In this document: positions 30,167 through 38,564 of the stretch, one piece after another
How positions within the stretch are numbered: position 1 is the first letter of the stretch
Layout: every line of letters starts with the position of its first letter
Assembly (NCBI GenBank): GCA_963665125.2
Contig: CAXXUK010000002.1
Span: 1,088,001-1,152,000, forward strand
Direction of reading: 5' to 3'
From: an uncultured Desulfarculus sp.
Lineage (GTDB): Bacteria; Desulfobacterota; Desulfarculia; Desulfarculales; Desulfarculaceae
Length of the DNA: 64,000 nucleotides
Position numbers and translations under genes: made by a program
The notes under the pieces: generated by a model
The model's input: the letters and a program-made list of their open reading frames with translations, nothing else
What the model was told of the DNA's origin: nothing
The model's database searches: none

Positions 30167-31891
30167 GTGAATATATTAGGCATCGTAGACACGCATGAAG
30201 CCGGCGCGGCGGTCATTTGTGACGGCCGGATCACCTCGGCCGTCACGGAGGAGCGCCTCAATCGGATCAAATCCTGGGCCGGCTTTCCCGAGCTATCCAT
30301 TAAATGCGCTTTAAAGGAAAGCGGCCTGAGCGGAAAAGACATTGATTTGGTTGTTATGGCCGGAATCCATACTCCGCTGCTCCCAAACCGCGCTTACAAG
30401 ATGCTCAATTATAGAAGCGAAAAGGGCAAAAAAAAGGGTTACGAAAGCCCTGACGGCCTTCTGATGCGGCCGTATCTGACTTTGCAAAGTGCATTGCGCA
30501 AAATGCCAGGCATCGCGGCCGGTCTGCCGGTGGCCCGATATCTATTGAAAAGAAAACTGAACCGGCTATTTGGCATCGATTGTGACATTCAATTCGCTGA
30601 TCATCACTTACTACACGCGTATGCCGCGACGCTTTCTGGCTTTGACGAGGCCTTATCCGTTACGGTGGACGGGCAGGGAGATGGGGCTTCGACATGTGTT
30701 TATGAGTACCGCAACGGGCGGATCACTCTGCTGAATTATTGTAACGCCTTGAACTCCATCGGTGAATTTTACCGGATCATAACATATCTACTTGGCTTCA
30801 ATCCCCAGACGGGCGCGGGCAAAGTCACGGGTCTGGCCGCTTACGGCCAGCCAGTCATGTGCAAAATGTTCAACCGGTACCTATATTTCGATGCTGATTC
30901 CGGATCGATACGCAACCAAATCGGAACCCTGTTTGGCGGGTTGACGTTTAGGCGGCTTAAGCGCATGGTAAAAGATGCGCCCCCCGAAGATGTCGCGGCT
31001 TCGGCGCAGGAGCTTCTCGAAAAGGTGATGGTTGCTTACGTCGATCACTGGGTTGGCCGAACAGGCATCAGGAACATCGTTTTAAACGGTGGTGTAGCCT
31101 TGAACATCAAAATGAACCGTCATATTCTCGAGTTGCCGAGCGTAGAGGATGTTTTCGCCTTTCCACCAGCCGGAGACGGAGGATTGGCTCTTTTGGCCGC
31201 CGTGTATGGCTGGATGGAACGGTCTGGCACCTTACCGGCCGACACCAACATCAAGCATGTCTATTTCGGGCCGGAATACAGCAATACCGAGGTGGCCGCT
31301 GCCCTTGAACGGGCCGGCGTCGAAGCTCAATTTCACGACGATATTGATGGAGTGGTCGCCGACCTGATCGCAGAGGGTCAATGTGTCTGGCGCTTTCAGG
31401 GCCGCATGGAGTTCGGCCCCCGGGCTCTGGGGCATCGCAGTATTCTGGCGCTGCCGTCGCTGCCTGATCTGAAATCCAAACTGAATCAATCGCTGGGCCG
31501 GGAATCGTTCATGCCGTTCTGCCCGTCCATTCTTGATGATGCATCTTCGCGGTACCTGAAAGACGATTATTTCGCGCCGTTTATGATTCTTTGTTGCAAT
31601 GTCAAGGATGACTACGCCGACGATGACAGTATCGCCCATATTGTCCATGTCGATAAGACCGTTCGCCCGCAGATCGTATATCAGCAGATAGAGCCAAGAT
31701 ACTGGAGCATATTAAAACGGGTCCATGACGCCACCGGAACGGGATGTCTGCTAAATACCAGCTTCAACGTTCACGGAGAGCCGATCGTAATGACCCCCGA
31801 GGATGCCCTTGTTTCATTCCGCGAAGCCGGTGGACGATATCTGGCCATTGAAAACTATCTTGTAGAAAACAAAGACAGCAAACTACTGTAG
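30167..31891 (+). CDS. Carbamoyltransferase (NodU/CmcH family)
   Basis: EERLNRIK, HHLLHA, VDGQGD, GKVTGLAAYG, GRMEFGPRALG, LNTSFNVHGEPIV. Confidence 0.95.
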   Translation: MNILGIVDTHEAGAAVICDGRITSAVTEERLNRIKSWAGFPELSIKCALKESGLSGKDIDLVVMAGIHTPLLPNRAYKMLNYRSEKGKKKGYESPDGLLMRPYLTLQSALRKMPGIAAGLPVARYLLKRKLNRLFGIDCDIQFADHHLLHAYAATLSGFDEALSVTVDGQGDGASTCVYEYRNGRITLLNYCNALNSIGEFYRIITYLLGFNPQTGAGKVTGLAAYGQPVMCKMFNRYLYFDADSGSIRNQIGTLFGGLTFRRLKRMVKDAPPEDVAASAQELLEKVMVAYVDHWVGRTGIRNIVLNGGVALNIKMNRHILELPSVEDVFAFPPAGDGGLALLAAVYGWMERSGTLPADTNIKHVYFGPEYSNTEVAAALERAGVEAQFHDDIDGVVADLIAEGQCVWRFQGRMEFGPRALGHRSILALPSLPDLKSKLNQSLGRESFMPFCPSILDDASSRYLKDDYFAPFMILCCNVKDDYADDDSIAHIVHVDKTVRPQIVYQQIEPRYWSILKRVHDATGTGCLLNTSFNVHGEPIVMTPEDALVSFREAGGRYLAIENYLVENKDSKLL

Positions 31892-31896
31892 CCCCT

Positions 31897-34041
31897 ATGA
31901 AGAATTTAGTGATAGAGGAAACATCACCTTTCAAAACCAACAAGTGGTGGCGGCGATCCCTTCTCACTATTCTAATATGCTGCATTATCTTTGACATCAT
32001 TTGGACTTTCTCCCTCCTAAATAGCAGGCCATTCAGGAATAGCAGAGAACTGACGCTTATTGAGATTTCAGAAATCACCCAAGAAAACGGCGCTCCTGCC
32101 TGGATGGCGGCCGAGACTGATTCCTTCGACTACGGGGAGAAAGGCGTCCAGAGAGTGTGGATGTATCCCCGCAGCCCGCTTTTCGTCTATCTCCTGAGCG
32201 GATGGGAGTCCTTGGTGGGACGGAATTCCATGTGGCTGCGAGCTTTGTCTGCCTTCTTCTATTACGCCCTGGCCGTCCTATTGTTTTTATATCTTGGCAG
32301 GGATATCTTCGCCCTCGGCGCCGCAGTGACGCTACTGCTTTCATGGGCGGAGTACTATCAGATCATTTGTAAACCATATACCGTCAATCAGTTCATGTTC
32401 TTTCTGGTCTTTTATTTCTGCCGCCCTTTGGTCCTGGAGAACGATCCGGCCGTGTTGAAAAAGGCCGCAAAATTTCTTTTTATCACCTTGATTGTTTTTG
32501 CCCTGATCTATGAAGGCGCCTTTATCGCCGTGGCCTTTGTTTTTTGCATGGGGGTTTTATATAAGGGATTAAGGTTTCTGGCAAACCCCAGGCTCTGGGC
32601 GGCCACGATAGCCGTGATGGCGATCGGGGTTCTGGAATCAATCCTTTTCCGCAAGTATTTTCCTCTCAAAGATGTATCTTTGATCTCCAACAGCATCTGG
32701 CAGTCGGCTTGGGAATACATTCATAACGGGCTATACTTAAAATCACTTTTTTCGATATTGACCGAATACGATCAGCTTCAGGTTGTGGCGCCGGGAGTGC
32801 TCTTTCTAATCCTTTGCTTTTGCGTATTGGTCAACCTGTTTCACGATTATCCCAAGCTGCGTTACACGCTGATCGGCTTTTTGGTGTGCGTTGCACTCTG
32901 TTCGATCTATTTCATCAATAGCCGCGACCGGTTGCGGATATCCTATGTCCTTCATTTTCTGCCGGTCGTTATAGTTTTAGTCTGGCAGACCGGGCAGACC
33001 CTGGTCGGCTGGTTGAGTTCACGGGTTCGGTGGAGGCGTATGACGTACGCCATAGCCGGCCTTATCGTTGTTTTCGTACTTCTAGTTGAGGTGAATATAG
33101 GCCTCCGTCAAAAGCCTTTTAACATTAATACGTTTACCAATTACGCCTCTTCCCGGGAAAACTGGGCCCAGTCGGTGAAAGACGGTGACGTATGCCTGAT
33201 TCGGCATCCTCTTGGTGAGCAGTTCAGCGCTTATGTGAACGGCCGAAAGCTCAGCATCGAGATCGTTTCCATCCCCAAACCAGATCCCGAAAATACCATG
33301 GTTCCGGACAGGCCTTCAGAGGACCGGTCAACAAAGACGCCCAAGTTGCTTTTTACGACGAATCCTAGCCGCGACTACTACTACCGAAAAGTGATCCACT
33401 CAAGCGGTAAATACCAATGGCCCTACTATTTAAAGGAAGCCCTGGGCGAACGGCGGCGGATATGGTTTGTCTCGGACACGCCGGTTTCCGCGGATATACT
33501 GCAACGATTCGCTTTCGAGTTCCAAACCGAATTATATGATTTGCAAAGGCTGGAGACCATAAGGAACCCTTATCCCGGTGCCTCATCGATAAAACTTCCC
33601 GATCGAAAGTATCGCTGGACCGTCGTCACGTTTGAAGTGGAATCCGGGGCCGGAAAGGGAATGTTTGTTTACGGCGTGGCCGGGGGCGCATCACCCGAAC
33701 GCCGGTTGATCTGGCTAGAGCCCGGACACCGGAAGATCAGCCTATTTTTCGACCATTTTCCGAAAGCATTCAGGATTGAAACCATGCCTGGAGACGCCGG
33801 CTCGGTCACTATTCACCAAGCCGATATTTTCACATTTCGTCATTTTAATTACAACGTCCTGGAGAGCACCATCGTTGGAGGGTGGATCGTTGATGCGTTA
33901 GGATCGTGGCTAAAGCCCCAATGGACGCAGCGGCAGAAAGAAATACTTATAAAGAAATACACTGCCAAGCCCCATAAGCTTCTGCCGCTCATTTATCGCA
34001 TTAATACGCATCATCCCTTTCGAGAACCTCCCTCAAACTAA
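31897..34041 (+). CDS. GT-C fold (ArnT/PMT-like) membrane glycosyltransferase with large C-terminal periplasmic domain
   Basis: ~11 TM segments; PRSPLFVYLLSGWESLVGRNSMWLRALS resembles the HPPLY..L..W...G....LR motif of GT39/GT83. Confidence 0.6.
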   Translation: MKNLVIEETSPFKTNKWWRRSLLTILICCIIFDIIWTFSLLNSRPFRNSRELTLIEISEITQENGAPAWMAAETDSFDYGEKGVQRVWMYPRSPLFVYLLSGWESLVGRNSMWLRALSAFFYYALAVLLFLYLGRDIFALGAAVTLLLSWAEYYQIICKPYTVNQFMFFLVFYFCRPLVLENDPAVLKKAAKFLFITLIVFALIYEGAFIAVAFVFCMGVLYKGLRFLANPRLWAATIAVMAIGVLESILFRKYFPLKDVSLISNSIWQSAWEYIHNGLYLKSLFSILTEYDQLQVVAPGVLFLILCFCVLVNLFHDYPKLRYTLIGFLVCVALCSIYFINSRDRLRISYVLHFLPVVIVLVWQTGQTLVGWLSSRVRWRRMTYAIAGLIVVFVLLVEVNIGLRQKPFNINTFTNYASSRENWAQSVKDGDVCLIRHPLGEQFSAYVNGRKLSIEIVSIPKPDPENTMVPDRPSEDRSTKTPKLLFTTNPSRDYYYRKVIHSSGKYQWPYYLKEALGERRRIWFVSDTPVSADILQRFAFEFQTELYDLQRLETIRNPYPGASSIKLPDRKYRWTVVTFEVESGAGKGMFVYGVAGGASPERRLIWLEPGHRKISLFFDHFPKAFRIETMPGDAGSVTIHQADIFTFRHFNYNVLESTIVGGWIVDALGSWLKPQWTQRQKEILIKKYTAKPHKLLPLIYRINTHHPFREPPSN

Positions 34042-34053
34042 CAGGCGGTTTCC

Positions 34054-35811
34054 ATGAACCTCCCCCTCAACGGCACGTATATACGCCGACATCTGAGCCT
34101 CGTTTCGGGCTTGATGATCCTTTTGGGGGTGCCGGCCTTGATCTTTGCACACCCAGTTTTCGCTTTACTGCTCGTTATGGCGGGACTAGGTCTTCGCGGC
34201 GTGCTGGCTCCGCCCCAGTTCAGTGAACGCCCATCGGTTCGTCTTGAGGAAAGGCCGGATCCAGTGAATGGCGTGGCGGTCCTGATCCATAATAATAATT
34301 TATCGACCGAGGTCTGTTCAGAATACTGGCGTGGCTTTCTAGGACGGTTCTGGGGCGCTGTACGGGTTCGCGGCCCAGAATCCGTTGCAGATATCGATCT
34401 CAGGGGCACGGCGATCACCGTCTACGCTGATGCGGAAGCCGAAGGCATTGAGGCGGCTTTTCAGACGCTGGTCCCTTGGGTGAAGCGAGGCGGAGTATTG
34501 ATCCTGGAAGGTGCGCCCGGCGAGGCTTGGCAACGATTTTTTTCCGGGGTCTGCAATGAAACATCCAGACCCGGTGCGCTCCTGGACCCATCGGCCAGAG
34601 CCGCCGGCCTGCTCGAACCAGGCCTGGTCCGGCATGGTCGTCTTGACAGGGGCCTGATAATGATCGTAAACGGCGTAAGCCATGTGCATCGAGTGCTTCG
34701 TCACGGCCCTGAAAATCCGAAGCGCAAGCGGCCTTGGTACGAACCCGGCGTCTTCAATTCCTACGACCTGGCCGCATGCGAGCCCGGTATCGATGCGGAG
34801 CCATGGGCGGATAAATATGAGGAGGACCTGGTCGCCCTGATACAGCGGTTCGTCCCCCTTCCGACCCTGAGGCCGTTCGATAATCGACCAGGGCTGATCA
34901 TGACCCATGATGAGGACCACCTGGGCGATGCTTCACTACCATTTTTAAGGAGGGTGGCCGAAGCCGGATGCAAACCGACACTGTATTTGATGCCGGACAC
35001 GCCTTTAACTCCTGAGGGAGCCTCTGCTCTCCACGATCTGGAAGTGACTCCGGCACTACACTGGAGCCGTTTTCCGGTTCATGTGGACGGCCGAGGCATC
35101 CATATTAACCAGGATGCAACACTTGCCCAACAGATTCAACGGGTGGAAGCCCTCTGCGGCAAGGAAATTAGGCACAACCGAACACACTGGCTCTGCCTGG
35201 GGCGCAACGTAGACAACCATTTCGGGCTGCTGGCCGAAAACAGGATCGCTTCTGATTCGACACAAGGAGCCTACGCCGACCGACAGGGACCACTGTTCGG
35301 CGCTAACCTCCCCTTCTTCAAGATGGACGCGGAAGGTCGGATGCTTGATTTGCTGGAGATTCCCTTTCTGATGTATGATCCGAATCCTCAAGATTTCGCG
35401 AAAGTGTTTCAGCGAGTTTGCGTAAGGGAGAGAAGCCTGCTGACTCTGCTGCTCCACCCGCATTCATACATGACGGCCGAAGGTAAGGCGTCGCTGAAGG
35501 CGATTCTGGAACAATACCACGAGCATTCAGATGACGTGGTTTCAATGTCCATTGATGAAGTCAACCAGGGATGGAGGGACTTGGTGGGATTTGAATGGCG
35601 CTTGACTTTGCCACGGGCGGGTAGTACTCATTCGTCGTATCGGGTCTCGATTGATGATTGGACCCCGGGCGTCTGGATCAGAATTCCGGGAGGCTCCGCA
35701 GTGGAACCGATCAATGGTTCGATTCAAGACATCCATGAATCCGGACAGTTGTATATTACCAGTCGGAGCAACGGTCGTGTGGAATTCGCAATAGTACCGG
35801 TCGGTGCCTGA
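34054..35811 (+). CDS. Membrane-anchored protein with a C-terminal CE4/polysaccharide-deacetylase-like barrel
   Basis: N-terminal TM pair; WVKRGGVLIL flavodoxin-like segment; LIMTHDED, ALH, RTHWL, DST, LEIPF, LLHP. Confidence 0.55.
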   Translation: MNLPLNGTYIRRHLSLVSGLMILLGVPALIFAHPVFALLLVMAGLGLRGVLAPPQFSERPSVRLEERPDPVNGVAVLIHNNNLSTEVCSEYWRGFLGRFWGAVRVRGPESVADIDLRGTAITVYADAEAEGIEAAFQTLVPWVKRGGVLILEGAPGEAWQRFFSGVCNETSRPGALLDPSARAAGLLEPGLVRHGRLDRGLIMIVNGVSHVHRVLRHGPENPKRKRPWYEPGVFNSYDLAACEPGIDAEPWADKYEEDLVALIQRFVPLPTLRPFDNRPGLIMTHDEDHLGDASLPFLRRVAEAGCKPTLYLMPDTPLTPEGASALHDLEVTPALHWSRFPVHVDGRGIHINQDATLAQQIQRVEALCGKEIRHNRTHWLCLGRNVDNHFGLLAENRIASDSTQGAYADRQGPLFGANLPFFKMDAEGRMLDLLEIPFLMYDPNPQDFAKVFQRVCVRERSLLTLLLHPHSYMTAEGKASLKAILEQYHEHSDDVVSMSIDEVNQGWRDLVGFEWRLTLPRAGSTHSSYRVSIDDWTPGVWIRIPGGSAVEPINGSIQDIHESGQLYITSRSNGRVEFAIVPVGA

Positions 35812-35837
35812 CGATCCGAGTTCCGAGGGAGAATTTT

Positions 35838-37256
35838 ATGGGGCGCAACAGACCAAACATCATCTTGATCGTGAACGACAGCTGGCGCTGGGATAAAGTG
35901 GGGACCTCGCCTTACGGTGAACCTCTTACTCCAGCAATGAACCGAATGATGGAGCAGAGTGCGTATTTCGAACAGGCCATTACGCCGGCCAATTGGACTT
36001 TACCGTCCCACTCTAGCGTCTTTACCGGCCTTCCTGCCCACGCTCACGGGATGATTCGCGGGAGTCGCCGACAGATGCCGAGACTGCCGGAATCCATTGA
36101 CACATTGGCCGAGACCCTACGAGACCAGGGGTATCGAACTATGGCCCTGTCCAACAACCCTTGGGTCGGTGCGCTCTCGGGCCTGGACCGCGGTTTTGAA
36201 TACTATCTCGAATCAACGCTTATGCTGCGAGGCCAATGGAAGCGGAACGAGGCGCCCTGGCTGGTCAGGCTTTCCAACGCGGCCAAACCGATCATGGATA
36301 CCTTTCGGACGGCCTCTCAGTACGCCCCTTTCCGGCACCGGATGTCCTCCATCAGCACCCAGACCATCACCCGTTGGATTGAGCGGGTCGGAGTGGTCGA
36401 CCCGGACCGCCCTTTCTTCATCTTCGCCAATTACATGGACGTGCATGGCCCTTACTTTCCTACCCGGCGAAACCTCAGGGACATCGGCTCACCCAAACTC
36501 CACGGGAATACCGTGGCCATTAATTACGCGAACTATCGTAATATAAGAAAGAAGGAAGATTATACTCCGGAAATGATGCTGGACGTTCATGCATACTGTG
36601 ACGCCTGCCTGCGCAATTTTGACGATGAGATGGCCAAACTGGTTCGTTTTATGAAAAACAAGGGGCTGGAGGAGAATACCCTATTTGCCATTTTTTCTGA
36701 TCACGGCAAGGTCCTGGGGGAATTTCCGCGCAACGACACCATCTGCTTTACCCGTGAAATCATGACCCGGGTGCCATTATTGATACGCTACCCCGGTCTT
36801 TTCGATGGTGGCCGTCGATGTGGTGCGGAGGTGAACATCGTTGATCTGTATCCGACGATCCGCAAGGCGGCGGGGGTCCCCCCTCAAGACGGAGAGGCTC
36901 CTTTCTGCCGCGCCTTGGATGAGGCGCTTAATACGGAGGATGCGGAACGGATCAATTTCTCTATGACGATCTGGCCGTGGGCCGATGGCTCACCGGACCC
37001 GAAGGAAGAATTTTACATTGCCCGAAACCGTTCGTTCAAGCTCGTAGAATCGCCCCGACATGGTTTTCTGTTCTACGACATCAGTGCTGACCCCAAAGAA
37101 TCCCGCGCTATCGAAGAACACCCCGAAAAAGCGCGTTTCGTCGCGGCCTTGCAGGCCTGGAAGGCCTATAAATGCTCGTCAGCCAACTCAGGCGGCGATA
37201 GCGAAGCCATGCCGGACAACGTCGCCGATCAATTAAGCGCCCTGGGATATATTTAG
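35838..37256 (+). CDS. Sulfatase-like alkaline phosphatase superfamily protein with Thr at the nucleophile position
   Basis: RPNIILIVNDS, WTLPSHSSVFTG, NYMDVHGPY, SDHG, VPLLIRYP, C-terminal LSALGYI. Confidence 0.88.
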   Translation: MGRNRPNIILIVNDSWRWDKVGTSPYGEPLTPAMNRMMEQSAYFEQAITPANWTLPSHSSVFTGLPAHAHGMIRGSRRQMPRLPESIDTLAETLRDQGYRTMALSNNPWVGALSGLDRGFEYYLESTLMLRGQWKRNEAPWLVRLSNAAKPIMDTFRTASQYAPFRHRMSSISTQTITRWIERVGVVDPDRPFFIFANYMDVHGPYFPTRRNLRDIGSPKLHGNTVAINYANYRNIRKKEDYTPEMMLDVHAYCDACLRNFDDEMAKLVRFMKNKGLEENTLFAIFSDHGKVLGEFPRNDTICFTREIMTRVPLLIRYPGLFDGGRRCGAEVNIVDLYPTIRKAAGVPPQDGEAPFCRALDEALNTEDAERINFSMTIWPWADGSPDPKEEFYIARNRSFKLVESPRHGFLFYDISADPKESRAIEEHPEKARFVAALQAWKAYKCSSANSGGDSEAMPDNVADQLSALGYI

Positions 37257-37261
37257 TGGAC

Positions 37262-37520
37262 TGATCCTGCCCTGTTTTGACGGACACATGCTTAAGCGAG
37301 TAGGTTGGGGTGTTCGATGACATCATAGAAGCCACAGAATAAATCCACCAGGTGGCGTTATTCGCCGGAATTCAAGTCCGAGGCGCCTGGCCTGGTCGAG
37401 TCGGTGGGTGTGGCCGACGCGTCCAAGCAGCTTGTCTTGCACGAATCTCAGGTCTATGCCTGGCGCAAGAAAGCCCGCTTCGAGGCCAGTCGTAGCGAGA
37501 CCGAAAGGAATGGCCTTTAG
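37262..37520 (+). mobile_element. IS3-group remnant: left inverted repeat plus broken OrfA
   Basis: TGATCCTGCCC...GGACAC...TAAGCGAGTA resembles the IS3 IRL; from ATG 37317 reads MTS*KPQNKSTRWRYSPEFKSEA..LVESVGVADASKQL.LHESQVYAWRKK, similar to IS3 InsE. Confidence 0.85.
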
Positions 37521-37568
37521 TATATATTTTGGCCATTGAACGTTAAATCCAGGTCATGGAAAATTTCG

Positions 37569-38564
37569 ATGGATATAAAAAATAAAAGAATTCTTGTCAC
37601 TGGAGCGGATGGTTTTATCGGTTCCCATCTGACTGAAACATTGGTATCCCTGGGATGCAAAGGCGTCAAAGCATTAACTCAGTATAATTCGTTCAATGAC
37701 TGGGGATGGCTATCGGATATTGAAGGCCTTGATGAAGTCGATGTCGTTTCGGGCGATATCCGCGACCCATTCTTTTGCAAAGAAATGGTCAAGGACATGG
37801 ATGTCATCTTTCATCTGGCCGCGTTGATCGCCATTCCTTACTCCTATATCGCACCGGCGAGTTACGTGGAAACCAATGTCGGGGGCACCTTGAATATCTG
37901 CCAGGCGGCGTTGGAACACGGCTGTCACCGCCTTATTCATACGTCCACATCCGAAGTGTATGGAACGGCAAGGTACGTCCCGATTGATGAAAAGCATCCG
38001 TTGCAACCTCAATCGCCGTACTCGGCGAGTAAGATAGGGGCCGACAGTATGGCCATGAGCTACCACCTTGCTTTCGGTCTGCCCGTAGTCACGGCCCGTC
38101 CGTTCAACACCTATGGCCCCCGACAGAGCGCCCGGGCGGTTATCCCGTCAATCATCGGCCAGATCGCCTCCGGCGTCAAACAGATCAAGCTGGGAGACGT
38201 CCGGCCGACCAGGGACTTCAACTATGTCTTGGATACCTGTCGGGGGCTTATCTCCCTGGCTGAAACGGACGACGCCGTGGGCGAAGTGGTCAACATAGGC
38301 TCCAACCGCGAGATATCCATCGGCGACATGTTGAACCTCATTCGGGAGCTGATGAACTCTGATGTGGAATACGTCATGGACGAATGTCGGCTCCGGCCGG
38401 AGAAGTCCGAAGTTTTTCGGTTATGGTGTGAAAATGCCAAAATTCGCGAACTGACTGGATACGAACCGTCCCATACCTTGCGTGAAGGCTTGAAACAAAC
38501 TATAGACTGGTTTACCACACCAGGTAATCTGAAAAAATACAAGATGGATATTTACAATGTTTGA
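37569..38564 (+). CDS. legB: NAD-dependent NDP-GlcNAc 4,6-dehydratase
   Basis: TGADGFIGSHL, YNSFNDWGWL, HLAALIAIPYSY, QPQSPYSASK. Confidence 0.88.
   Translation: MDIKNKRILVTGADGFIGSHLTETLVSLGCKGVKALTQYNSFNDWGWLSDIEGLDEVDVVSGDIRDPFFCKEMVKDMDVIFHLAALIAIPYSYIAPASYVETNVGGTLNICQAALEHGCHRLIHTSTSEVYGTARYVPIDEKHPLQPQSPYSASKIGADSMAMSYHLAFGLPVVTARPFNTYGPRQSARAVIPSIIGQIASGVKQIKLGDVRPTRDFNYVLDTCRGLISLAETDDAVGEVVNIGSNREISIGDMLNLIRELMNSDVEYVMDECRLRPEKSEVFRLWCENAKIRELTGYEPSHTLREGLKQTIDWFTTPGNLKKYKMDIYNV

Noticed and set aside
19730..37520. Intact composite transposon
   Set aside because: Both IS copies are fragments and appear to belong to different IS3 subgroups; no target duplication was seen.
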